Shown here: in pieces, positions 19,496 to 26,309 of the stretch
Position numbering within the stretch: the first letter of the stretch is position 1
Layout: each line of letters opens with the position of its first letter
IMG/VR virus record: IMGVR_UViG_3300030010_000011
Coordinates: 1-32,350 of that record
Strand: one strand, 5' to 3'
Source: a virus
Taxonomy: Duplodnaviria > Caudoviricetes
Length of the DNA stretch: 32,350 nt
Position numbers and translations under genes: made by a program
The notes under the pieces: generated by a model
The model's database searches: none
What the model saw: the letters and a program-made list of their open reading frames with translations, nothing else
What the model was told of the DNA's origin: nothing

Positions 19496-20277
19496 GTCCG
19501 CTCTCGCGACCCCCGGGCGCCGGGGCCGCCCTCTCGGCCGGTGCCGTCGGGACCACGGAGATCGCCGACGGATCGGTCGCCAAGGCCGACCTCGTCGCCG
19601 CGGTGCAGACCTCGCTCGGCCTGGCCGACGGGGCGGCCCAGAAGGCGAGCAACCTGGCCGACCTGGCCAGCGCGGCCACGGCCAGGACAAACCTCGGCCT
19701 CGGGTCCCTGGCCACGCTCTCGGCCCTGGGGGCCAGCTCGGTCACCTCGTCGATGATCACCGATGGGACGATCGTCTCTGGCGACATCGCCTCGGGAACG
19801 ATCGCCAAGGATCGCCTCGTCGCCGCGGTGCAGGGGGCGATCTTCCCGTGGGCGATCTGCCTCTCGAGCGCGGATCAGACCTTCACGGGGACCACGCTGA
19901 CCAACGCCACCAACCTGGTCTTGGCTGTCTCCACGGCCGGCACCTGGGAGTTTGAGTTCGAGCTGGTCTACACGGGCTCGACCTCGGCCGCGGCTCCGAT
20001 CACGCTGAACTTGACCGGCCCCACCAACACGGCGTTCCTGGCCAGGTTCGACATTCAGACCTCGATCTCGGCCAGGAATCAGCAAATCAAACAGGTGCTG
20101 AACTCATCCTGCGCCGGAGGAAACGTCACCACTGCAGGCAGCGCCTACTCGATCTGGGTCAAGGGCCGGATCACCGGGGCCACCTCGGGGTCGCTTCAGC
20201 TTCAGGCCGCAGCCGACGGCACCTCGACCAACACGATCAAGGCCGGCTCCTACGGCAAGATCCGCCAGCTCGCCTAG
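19492..20277 (+). CDS. Putative tail fibre protein
   Basis: GTGA overlap; repeats VGTTEIADGSV, VTSSMITDGTI..GDIA.GTI and NLADL..AATARTNLGLG fibre motif; beta-rich C-terminal head. Confidence 0.75.
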   Translation: MSPLSRPPGAGAALSAGAVGTTEIADGSVAKADLVAAVQTSLGLADGAAQKASNLADLASAATARTNLGLGSLATLSALGASSVTSSMITDGTIVSGDIASGTIAKDRLVAAVQGAIFPWAICLSSADQTFTGTTLTNATNLVLAVSTAGTWEFEFELVYTGSTSAAAPITLNLTGPTNTAFLARFDIQTSISARNQQIKQVLNSSCAGGNVTTAGSAYSIWVKGRITGATSGSLQLQAAADGTSTNTIKAGSYGKIRQLA

Positions 20278-20315
20278 CGGGCGTGGTGGCCCCGCCCGGG
20301 ACGGAGGTGATTCGC

Positions 20316-20375
20316 ATGGTCTGCAAGACTGGTCCCAAGAAACCGAGCACGAAGAAGCCGGGATCGAAGAAGTGA
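20316..20375 (+). CDS. 19-aa Lys-rich micropeptide MVCKTGPKKPSTKKPGSKK
   Basis: RBS GGAGGTGA 5 nt before ATG 20316, TGA 20373-20375; fills the gap before the holin; below the ORF-track cutoff. Confidence 0.6.
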   Translation: MVCKTGPKKPSTKKPGSKK

Positions 20376-20406
20376 ATCAAGCAACCGAAGCCCCGGGAGG
20401 GCCGCC

Positions 20407-20811
20407 ATGATCAAGAAGGTCAAGACCGCATTCATCGCACTGAGAAAGCGTCGGGTACACATCCTGCTGACGCTGATCGCGTCGGGCCTGGCCGTGGCTG
20501 CCCCGACGCTGATCAACCAGCTGCCCGAGCTGATCGGCGAGGGGGCCGCGCATGTTCCCTACCTGACTCAGTTCGCCCCACTGATCGCCACGGCGGCCAC
20601 CGCCCTGGCGGCCCACTACACGCCGCTGGTCAAGAGCTACGGAAAGTTCGCCGACCCGATGAGCGCGGTCAAGGTGGCATGGGAGAACGATGACCCGAGC
20701 GCGTTCGTCGACGCCCTGAAGGCGGCTGGCGTGGCCATCGTGGTCGAGTCCGAAGCTGGCGGGACCATCATTGACCCGGTCGTGCGGGCCGACGGTTCGA
20801 GCGGGGCTTGA
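20407..20811 (+). CDS. Putative holin
   Basis: RBS GGGAGG; basic N-terminus, two hydrophobic segments (VHILLTLIASGLAVAAP; FAPLIATAATALAA); adjacent to the endolysin. Confidence 0.6.
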   Translation: MIKKVKTAFIALRKRRVHILLTLIASGLAVAAPTLINQLPELIGEGAAHVPYLTQFAPLIATAATALAAHYTPLVKSYGKFADPMSAVKVAWENDDPSAFVDALKAAGVAIVVESEAGGTIIDPVVRADGSSGA

Positions 20812-21785
20812 GCATGGCCAACACGCACCCGAAGCCACGCACGCTGCCCTTCACCAGGGCCGAGCTGCGCAAGCAGCTGCACAGTCAGCTCGGCACCAAG
20901 GAGTCGCCGAAGAACTCGAACAACACCCCGTACGGCAAGTGGTTCAAGCTGAACTACCTGCCATGGTGCGCGATCTTCGTCGTGCACGCCTTCGCGCACT
21001 GCGTGCGCGGGATCGACCTGCGCAGGCATGAGTGGCTGGGGGGCGGCAAGTCGCTGGCATCAACCAAAGCTATGGCCGCCCGGATGCTCGACGCGCACTG
21101 GCCGGTCCCGAGCGGGCCGAGCAAATGGGCCGACGGAGATGCGCTGTTCTTCGGATTCCCGGTCAACGGCAAGGACGTCGGGATCAACCATGTCGGCATC
21201 TGCCAGGGGCCGGTCAAAAAAGGCCTCGTGCTCTCGCTGGACGGCAATACCGGCGCGTCGAGCGAGAACAACGGCGGGATGGTCGCCCTGCGACTGCGCA
21301 GGATCGGCTACGTCAAGGCGGTCCGCCGCCCGCCGTACGCCCGATCGACCAGGTCGGCCAAGGCGTGGGCGGTTGCTCTCGTGGCGCTTGGCTTCCCCGT
21401 GCTCGGCCTGGCCGCCCCCACTCCCGGGGGCACACCGAAGCCGAGCCCGAGCATCACGCTCCAGCCGACGGCCAAGGTGACCCCAACGAGGATGCCGACG
21501 ACCAAGCCCACCGTTGGGGTCATCACTCCGAGCCCGACGGCCAAGCCGAGCCCGACGGCCAAGCCGAGTACTACGACGGCCAGGCCGAGCCCTTGCCCGG
21601 TGTCGTCGGGATCTCGGGGGCCGAAGGTCGTGGTCGTACAGAAGGCCGCAGGCGTCCCCCGGGGGCATCGGGACGGGATCTGGGGCCGAGAGACGTCGAC
21701 CTTCGTCCTGGCCTGGCAGCTGGCAACCTCGCGCGCCCTGGGGTACCTGGGGTGGCGCCCCCCCGCCTGCACTGGAGGGAAGTAG
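20808..21785 (+). CDS. Endolysin: CHAP domain, hydrophobic helix, Pro/Thr linker, PG-binding-1-like domain
   Basis: YGKWF....LPWCAIFV (Cys), INHVGI (His), LDGNT; C-terminal GSRG..V..VQ...G....DGIWG.ET...V.AWQ; start TTG 20808 or ATG 20814. Confidence 0.85.
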   Translation: MSMANTHPKPRTLPFTRAELRKQLHSQLGTKESPKNSNNTPYGKWFKLNYLPWCAIFVVHAFAHCVRGIDLRRHEWLGGGKSLASTKAMAARMLDAHWPVPSGPSKWADGDALFFGFPVNGKDVGINHVGICQGPVKKGLVLSLDGNTGASSENNGGMVALRLRRIGYVKAVRRPPYARSTRSAKAWAVALVALGFPVLGLAAPTPGGTPKPSPSITLQPTAKVTPTRMPTTKPTVGVITPSPTAKPSPTAKPSTTTARPSPCPVSSGSRGPKVVVVQKAAGVPRGHRDGIWGRETSTFVLAWQLATSRALGYLGWRPPACTGGK

Positions 21786-21786
21786 T

Positions 21787-22137
21787 ATGGAGGCGACAGA
21801 AAACGGTGTCACCCTCGGCGAGGTCTCGCGTCGCCAGGACGAGCTAGCCGTCCAGATGAAAGAGGTGATCGCCGCCGTGCAGAACATGCCTGGCTTGATC
21901 ACCGCGGCCATTCGAGAACAGTTCGAGCCGCACTTCACGGGCCTGCGGGAGTCGATGATCGCCGGGGACAACGCCGTGCGTTCGGAACTTGAACTCGCCA
22001 AGGCTGAGGCTCTGGCTGGCCGGGAGGAACTGAGTCGGCGCGTGAAGCTCGTGGAGACGGTCGTCTATGGCGTCGTGGCCCTGATCTGCATGAGTGTCTT
22101 CGGCGCGCTCATCGCCCTGGTGGTCAAGGCGTCCTAG
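21787..22137 (+). CDS. Lysis-cassette membrane protein (coiled coil plus C-terminal TM helix)
   Basis: ATG 21787 after GGAGG; VTLGEV.RR N-terminus, TM VVYGVVALICMSVFGALIALVV. Confidence 0.7.
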   Translation: MEATENGVTLGEVSRRQDELAVQMKEVIAAVQNMPGLITAAIREQFEPHFTGLRESMIAGDNAVRSELELAKAEALAGREELSRRVKLVETVVYGVVALICMSVFGALIALVVKAS

Positions 22138-22151
22138 GCTCAACAGACAGA

Positions 22152-22183
22152 AGGCGCCCCGCGGTCGAAACCGCGGGGCGCCT
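22152..22183. terminator. Hairpin between convergent operons, probable bidirectional terminator
   Basis: Perfect 14-bp stem AGGCGCCCCGCGGT-CGAA-ACCGCGGGGCGCCT (UUCG loop on the - strand); no long U tract. Confidence 0.8.
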
Positions 22184-22227
22184 CTGGGCGCGGGCCAGAC
22201 ATCAGGAGAGCCTAGCGCTCGACTGAC

Positions 22228-22290
22228 TCAGCGTGCGGGGTACACGCCACTGTCGGACTGGTCTCCGCCTTCATCCTCGGGGCCGAACAT
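22228..22290 (-). CDS. 20-aa acidic micropeptide MFGPEDEGGDQSDSGVYPAR
   Basis: AGGAGGT 6 nt before ATG 22290; last ORF of the leftward unit before the terminator. Confidence 0.5.
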   Translation of the reverse strand: MFGPEDEGGDQSDSGVYPAR

Positions 22291-22339
22291 GGTGCCACCT
22301 CCTGTCGATGATCTTGATCTGGCGATGATACTGCCCAGA

Positions 22340-22594
22340 TCAGCCGTTGTACTTGTTCCAGTGGGGGAGCTTCTGCCCGGCCCCGGTGTCGGTGCCGCAG
22401 AGGAGGAGGGTCGACGGCCCGTCATCCTTCGGCTTGGTGAGGGCGAAACCGCCGACCGAGGTGCAGGAGCTGCCCTTGGTCTTGTACTTGAACGGGTCGC
22501 CCCGGGTGCCCGAGCCTGTCGTGTCGCCGCAGGCAGCGAGCGTGGCGAGGCTGAGGGCAGCGATGGCGATCGCAGCTGCTCGGGTGAGGTGCAT
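22340..22594 (-). CDS. Small lipoprotein
   Basis: Signal peptide MHLTRAAAIAIAALSLATLAAC with lipobox LAA-C; GGAGG RBS; two further Cys residues. Confidence 0.8.
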   Translation of the reverse strand: MHLTRAAAIAIAALSLATLAACGDTTGSGTRGDPFKYKTKGSSCTSVGGFALTKPKDDGPSTLLLCGTDTGAGQKLPHWNKYNG

Positions 22595-22635
22595 GGTGTG
22601 TGATCCTCCCGGGATCTAGTTGTTACTGACCTGAG

Positions 22636-22650
22636 AGACTATACACCACA
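22636..22650 (-). promoter_or_regulatory. Probable -10 element (TATAGT) for the lipoprotein gene
   Basis: TGTGGTG-TATAGT-CT in an AT-rich gap; 12/15 identical to the -10 region at 30275-30289; no clear -35. Confidence 0.5.
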
Positions 22651-22666
22651 TATAGCCGTCATGGGA

Positions 22667-23284
22667 CTAGATGGACGCCATGCGTAAGATCGGCCATCTC
22701 GACCATGTCGAGGCCTCGGCCATGCAGGCCAGGCGACCCTGCGCTGGGCCTCGGCCACTTTGCCGGCCCAGTCGGAGATCAACTCCAGCACGGCCAGGGG
22801 GCACGGTGTTCGAGCGCGCGCACCAGGCGTTCATGGCCGATCCGCTCATAGAGTGCGCCGACACTTCGAAGAAACTCGGCGGGCGTGGGGCGGGTTGGCG
22901 GCCGAAGTCGAGTAGCGCTGGCAGGGGGCGCGCCCGTCGGCCGCGAGAGGGGAGCGCGGGCAGTGCCCTACCTCCCCAGGGCGCGGTCATGACCATACCC
23001 ACGGCCATGGTCGCAGCCTCAGCATCAGCCTGCTCGACTTCGGCCTCCTCGATGGCCAGGGAGGCCCACCACGCCTTGCGCTCGGCCTCGGCGGCCTGGG
23101 CCGCGTCTGCGCGCTGGGCCTCGGCCACTTCGTCGGCCCAGTCGGAGATCAACTCCAGCACGGCCAGGGGGCCACGGCGTTCGAGCGCGCGCACCAGGTG
23201 TTCGTGGCCGATCCGCTCATAGAGTGCGCCGATCTGGCTCTGATCCGCGCCGACGGCGCGGGGAACCGTGGGGTCGTAGCTCAC
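22667..23284 (-). CDS. Hypothetical protein; C-terminal part derived from an out-of-frame internal duplication
   Basis: GTGA-coupled to the upstream gene; helical, acidic N-terminal half; C-terminal third reads a copy of the N-terminal DNA in other frames. Confidence 0.5.
   Translation of the reverse strand: MSYDPTVPRAVGADQSQIGALYERIGHEHLVRALERRGPLAVLELISDWADEVAEAQRADAAQAAEAERKAWWASLAIEEAEVEQADAEAATMAVGMVMTAPWGGRALPALPSRGRRARPLPALLDFGRQPAPRPPSFFEVSAHSMSGSAMNAWCARSNTVPPGRAGVDLRLGRQSGRGPAQGRLACMAEASTWSRWPILRMASI
22741..23232. repeat. Direct repeat of about 121 bp (22741-22861 and 23111-23232)
   Basis: Manual alignment: 5 transitions and one 1-bp indel. Confidence 0.92.
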
Positions 23285-23595
23285 TTCGGCTCCCCCTGTT
23301 CGGCGACGCGGATCGAACTCTCGACCGCATTGGACACATGGAGCGCGAACTTCCGTAGCTGGTCCGCCGGCATGGCCAGCGAGATCGACGCCAGGAGGCC
23401 GCCCCCATCGGCAAGCGCAAAGTCAAAGGAGACCGACGGGACCGGGCTGCCGCTCGGGGTCGTGAATCCAGTGGTGCCCGAGACGATGACACCCGAGCAT
23501 GGCACGGTCTTATCGATGAACTTGCCCCCGGCGGCGGGGGCCTCGACCCATCCTGAGGACGGGTCTGGTCGCGGCTCAGTGTTCATCTTGGCCAC
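23281..23595 (-). CDS. Hypothetical protein
   Basis: Tightly packed in the leftward operon; start GTG 23595 or ATG 23586. Confidence 0.65.
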   Translation of the reverse strand: MAKMNTEPRPDPSSGWVEAPAAGGKFIDKTVPCSGVIVSGTTGFTTPSGSPVPSVSFDFALADGGGLLASISLAMPADQLRKFALHVSNAVESSIRVAEQGEPK

Positions 23596-23827
23596 CCCTC
23601 AGGGGGCGCAATTGGGCGGGGATCGAGGGGCCCCCTGCCTTGCTCTGCGCGCGCTGCACGCGCCGCGCGGCATCGAACTCGTGGACCCAGCCAGCGCCCG
23701 CCAGCTTCGCGGCTAGGCCGGGGTGACCACTGAGAATCTGGGCGTTGATCCCGGACATCGTGAGCACGGACCCGGCGAAAACGCCAGCGACGAAACAGGC
23801 AATGCAGACGAGTATGGCGATGAGCAT
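23576..23827 (-). CDS. Small membrane-anchored hypothetical protein
   Basis: TAATG coupling; N-terminal TM MLIAILVCIACFVAGVFAGSVL. Confidence 0.65.
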   Translation of the reverse strand: MLIAILVCIACFVAGVFAGSVLTMSGINAQILSGHPGLAAKLAGAGWVHEFDAARRVQRAQSKAGGPSIPAQLRPLRGGQDEH

Positions 23828-24399
23828 TAGAGGCCATCCTTCTCGTGATCGTAGGGGGTTGCCGGGCTGGCTGAGGCCGACTCGGCGAACGGACCTACGG
23901 GCTGGCCCGTGGGGACCGTGGCGGCCATCAGCTCATCGAGGGCCTTGCGGCTGACGCTGATCCCGCCGGGGATCGGGCGAGATCCGCGCTTGCGGTCCCC
24001 GGTCAGGTTCAAGGTGATGGCCAGTGCGACCAAGCGCCTGCGCCGCGCAGCCCCGGCCTCGATCCTGGTCCGAAGGACATCGATCTCGCGCCGCAGGCGC
24101 AGCACCTCGTCGTCGGCCTGGTCTCGCTGGCCCCTGGCGTGACGCAGATCGTCCACGACGTCAGACATGGACTTCTCAGAGTCCTGCCGCATAGACTTCA
24201 TGATCTTGATCGTCTCATTCCGCGCCCCAAGGGTCCCCCGGAGGCGGTCGATCTGCGCCTCAAGGTCGGTCCGCTTGATGCGCCGGCGCCATGGCATCCC
24301 GATCCTCGTCAGAACGCCGCCGGGGACGTACCCCCCGTCGGCCCCTTGGGGGTTTTCGTGCGCATGGAACTGTGGACCGGATCTATCGGTGGTTCCCAT
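23827..24399 (-). CDS. Hypothetical coiled-coil protein
   Basis: Heptad-like LEAQIDRLRGTL...LRREIDVLRTRI; stop overlaps the next ATG; start uncertain. Confidence 0.6.
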   Translation of the reverse strand: MGTTDRSGPQFHAHENPQGADGGYVPGGVLTRIGMPWRRRIKRTDLEAQIDRLRGTLGARNETIKIMKSMRQDSEKSMSDVVDDLRHARGQRDQADDEVLRLRREIDVLRTRIEAGAARRRRLVALAITLNLTGDRKRGSRPIPGGISVSRKALDELMAATVPTGQPVGPFAESASASPATPYDHEKDGL

Positions 24400-24433
24400 G
24401 GCGGTGCCTCGATTCTCGTGATGAAGGTGGGGA

Positions 24434-24506
24434 GGCCCCGCACTGCGCCGCTAGCTCCGCATGACGTCGGGGGCCGTCGTGCATATGGCGTTCGCAGTGC
24501 GGGGCC
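24434..24506. other. Long intergenic stem-loop
   Basis: GGCCCCGCACTGCG (24434-24447) / CGCAGTGCGGGGCC (24493-24506) perfect, enclosing an inner stem GCATGACG/CGTCGTGC. Confidence 0.7.
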
Positions 24507-24518
24507 GGCTTGTGGCGA

Positions 24519-24752
24519 TCAGACGACCTCGGCGTGCGGGTGCGCACCGCGCCGAGACTTCAGGAGGTAGGCCTCGAACGCCTTTCGGTCGATGCCGATC
24601 AGACGGCCCTTCGGGGAGCGCACGCTCTCGATCAGGCCCTCCTCGGCCCATCGCCGGATCGTCTTCATGGCGACCCCGGCCAGGGCTGCGGCCTCGGCCG
24701 TGTCGATCTTCTGCCAGCCCTCGACCGTGGTGCCGGGCGCGGTCATGGTCAT
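24519..24752 (-). CDS. Excisionase/MerR-like helix-turn-helix DNA-binding protein
   Basis: IDTAEAAALAGVAMKTIRRWAEEGLIESVRSPKGRLIGIDR (HTH_17-like); RBS GAGGA. Confidence 0.88.
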   Translation of the reverse strand: MTMTAPGTTVEGWQKIDTAEAAALAGVAMKTIRRWAEEGLIESVRSPKGRLIGIDRKAFEAYLLKSRRGAHPHAEVV

Positions 24753-24791
24753 GGTGTCCTCGCTTCTCGGCCAGTCGGGCCGTGTAGGTTG

Positions 24792-25337
24792 TTAGGGCTC
24801 ATTCTGACGCTCTGGGACATTGGTGTCAACTAAGCCCCCGCCTCTCATGTAGGCGACGGCGCGTTCGAGGATGGCCAGGGAGTCCTTGCCGCCGCCGAGG
24901 AGTAGGTGATTGCAGCGATCGCACAGGAGGCCGCGCACGGCGCCAGTCGCATGGTTGTGGTCGACGCAGAGCCGGCTCGCCCGTGGCCGCTCTCGGCAGA
25001 TGGCGCAGCGGCCACCTTGGGCGGCGAGGAGGATGGCGTAGCCGCCTGGGGGAAGTTGATAGGTGTTCTCCACCCTGGCCGCGTGGGATCTGGCACTCAC
25101 GCACGCCCTGCACCTCGTGCGGGTCTTCAGGTACCACTGGGGGACCGGGCCGCAGTCGACGCACAGTCCTGCGTCCGGCCCGGGATCTCGGGGGGCGACC
25201 ACCCGCCTGGTGGCCGCGGACACCTGTTGGACCATCGGGGCGTAGGAGACGCGATGCCAGTAGCAGAAGGCGTTCGACTCGGGGGCCTGCTCGATTGAGC
25301 AGACCCCCGAGCGAGGCCGGCATAGGGCCTTAGGCAA
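24792..25337 (-). CDS. Recombination endonuclease VII domain protein with N-terminal Zn-binding motifs
   Basis: Y.L....Y..LL.AQGGRCAIC...LCVDHNH.TG.VRGLLC..CN..LG; probable TTG start at 25337 (C-x6-C-x11-C-x2-H, then CxxC..CxxC); the track's longer ORF is read-through of repeat DNA. Confidence 0.88.
   Translation of the reverse strand: MPKALCRPRSGVCSIEQAPESNAFCYWHRVSYAPMVQQVSAATRRVVAPRDPGPDAGLCVDCGPVPQWYLKTRTRCRACVSARSHAARVENTYQLPPGGYAILLAAQGGRCAICRERPRASRLCVDHNHATGAVRGLLCDRCNHLLLGGGKDSLAILERAVAYMRGGGLVDTNVPERQNEP
24801..24829 (-). promoter_or_regulatory. SigA/HrdB-type promoter for the HTH gene
   Basis: TTGACA (24829-24824), 17 nt, CAGAAT (24806-24801), inside the 3' end of the endonuclease VII gene. 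Confidence 0.65.
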
Positions 25338-25341
25338 TGGG

Positions 25342-26181
25342 TCAGACGGCCCACGGGTTCGTCGGCGCAGCTGAGGCATTTGACGCGTTGGCGCCCACCT
25401 GCGGCTGCGCATACGCCCCCGCGGGGGCCTGAGCTTGACTGCCCGGAGCCGAAGCCGCCGGGGAGGACTGCGGTGCGTACTGAGGCGCGAACGGCGGCTG
25501 CCCTTGCTGGAAAGGACTCGGGGCTGCGGGACTCGGGGCTGCAGGACTCGGGGCTGCGGGACTCGGGGCTGCGGGGGCGTACTGCGGGGCGGCGTACTGC
25601 GGGGCTGCGGGACTCGGGGCTGCGGGGGCGTACTGCGGGGCGGCGTACTGCGGGGCGGCGGGGGCGCTCTGGGCGGCGGGGGCGTACTGCGGGGCGGCGG
25701 GGGCGCTCTGGGAGGCCGAGCTGAACTGCGCGGCCGATCGCGCCGCGTCCCAAGCCTGCGCCGCGGCGATCTCGCTCGGGGTGGCGTCGGCCAGTCCCCA
25801 ACCGGGATTGGGCTTGCTGCTCGAGCGCTGGACCAGCGTGCCGACGACCGTGGTCCCCGCACGCAGGGCGCCGTCAAGGATGACAGCGATGAAGCCCTGA
25901 GAGATCGGCATCCCCCGCATGACGTCGCCCGGATTGATCGCTGCGTCGAGTCGCGTGGCGACGTCCTGGCCGTATTCGTTGCGACGGACGGACTCGTGGA
26001 TCGGGTCGCCATTCAGGAACGTGACGTCGGCCACGACTGTGAGACGGTCCTTGTTCCACTTCTCCGACCACGCCTTCGCGGCAGAGATGGGAGTGATCAC
26101 GAGGGTGCGACCAACGAGCTGTCGCAGTGCGATGCCGTTCCCGCCTTCATAGTCCCCCGCTGAAGCGATGTTGAGTGCCAT
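25342..26181 (-). CDS. Putative ssDNA-binding/annealing protein with a low-complexity A/P/Q/Y/S tail
   Basis: RBS AGGAG; beta-rich N-domain (LVGRTLVITP, VVADVTFL, VVGTL, PGW.L); next to the exonuclease; function inferred from synteny. Confidence 0.55.
   Translation of the reverse strand: MALNIASAGDYEGGNGIALRQLVGRTLVITPISAAKAWSEKWNKDRLTVVADVTFLNGDPIHESVRRNEYGQDVATRLDAAINPGDVMRGMPISQGFIAVILDGALRAGTTVVGTLVQRSSSKPNPGWGLADATPSEIAAAQAWDAARSAAQFSSASQSAPAAPQYAPAAQSAPAAPQYAAPQYAPAAPSPAAPQYAAPQYAPAAPSPAAPSPAAPSPAAPSPFQQGQPPFAPQYAPQSSPAASAPGSQAQAPAGAYAQPQVGANASNASAAPTNPWAV
25514..25710 (-). repeat. Coding tandem repeats (15-nt units) encoding AAPQY and AAPSP
   Basis: Repeated GGACTCGGGGCTGCG and GGCGTACTGCGGGGC units on the + strand. 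Confidence 0.9.
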
Positions 26182-26266
26182 TCTGGCTTCTCCTGTTGCT
26201 TGGTGACGGTCCGTCCAAGCCCCTTATGGAACTTGGCGACTAACGGTGCTTCATTGGTGCATTGCT

Positions 26267-26295
26267 ACCCTAGCACCCCTGGCGCCGATCGGCAT
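26267..26295 (-). promoter_or_regulatory. Possible extended -10 promoter for the SSB-like gene, overlapping a hairpin
   Basis: ATGCCG, 17 nt, with TGc-TAGGGT (26272-26267); imperfect hairpin CCCCTG...CAGGGG at 26276-26301. Confidence 0.4.
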
Positions 26296-26309
26296 CAGGG
26301 GGCGGGGGG

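Noticed and set aside
15-22143. Many long minus-strand and alternate-frame ORFs over the structural operon
   Set aside because: Shadow ORFs expected in high-GC DNA; Arg/Pro/Gly-rich, no motifs, fully overlapping well-supported genes
22741-23232. Repeat pair as template/variable repeat of a diversity-generating retroelement
   Set aside because: Differences go both ways (G>A, A>G, C>T) and include an indel, rather than being confined to adenines of one copy; no reverse transcriptase in the window and no lectin-fold target
24519-24752. Excisionase as evidence of an integration module or attP
   Set aside because: No integrase or recognisable att core in the window; this HTH family is also common as a plain regulator, so lifestyle cannot be called
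25514-25710. Regular short repeats as a CRISPR array or iterons
   Set aside because: Units abut with no unique spacers, are multiples of 3 nt and encode in-frame AAPQY/AAPSP
24792-26012. 406-aa ORF as one long protein
   Set aside because: The upstream 225 codons are an alternative frame of the SSB-like gene's repeats; only the portion from about 25337 has protein-like motifs
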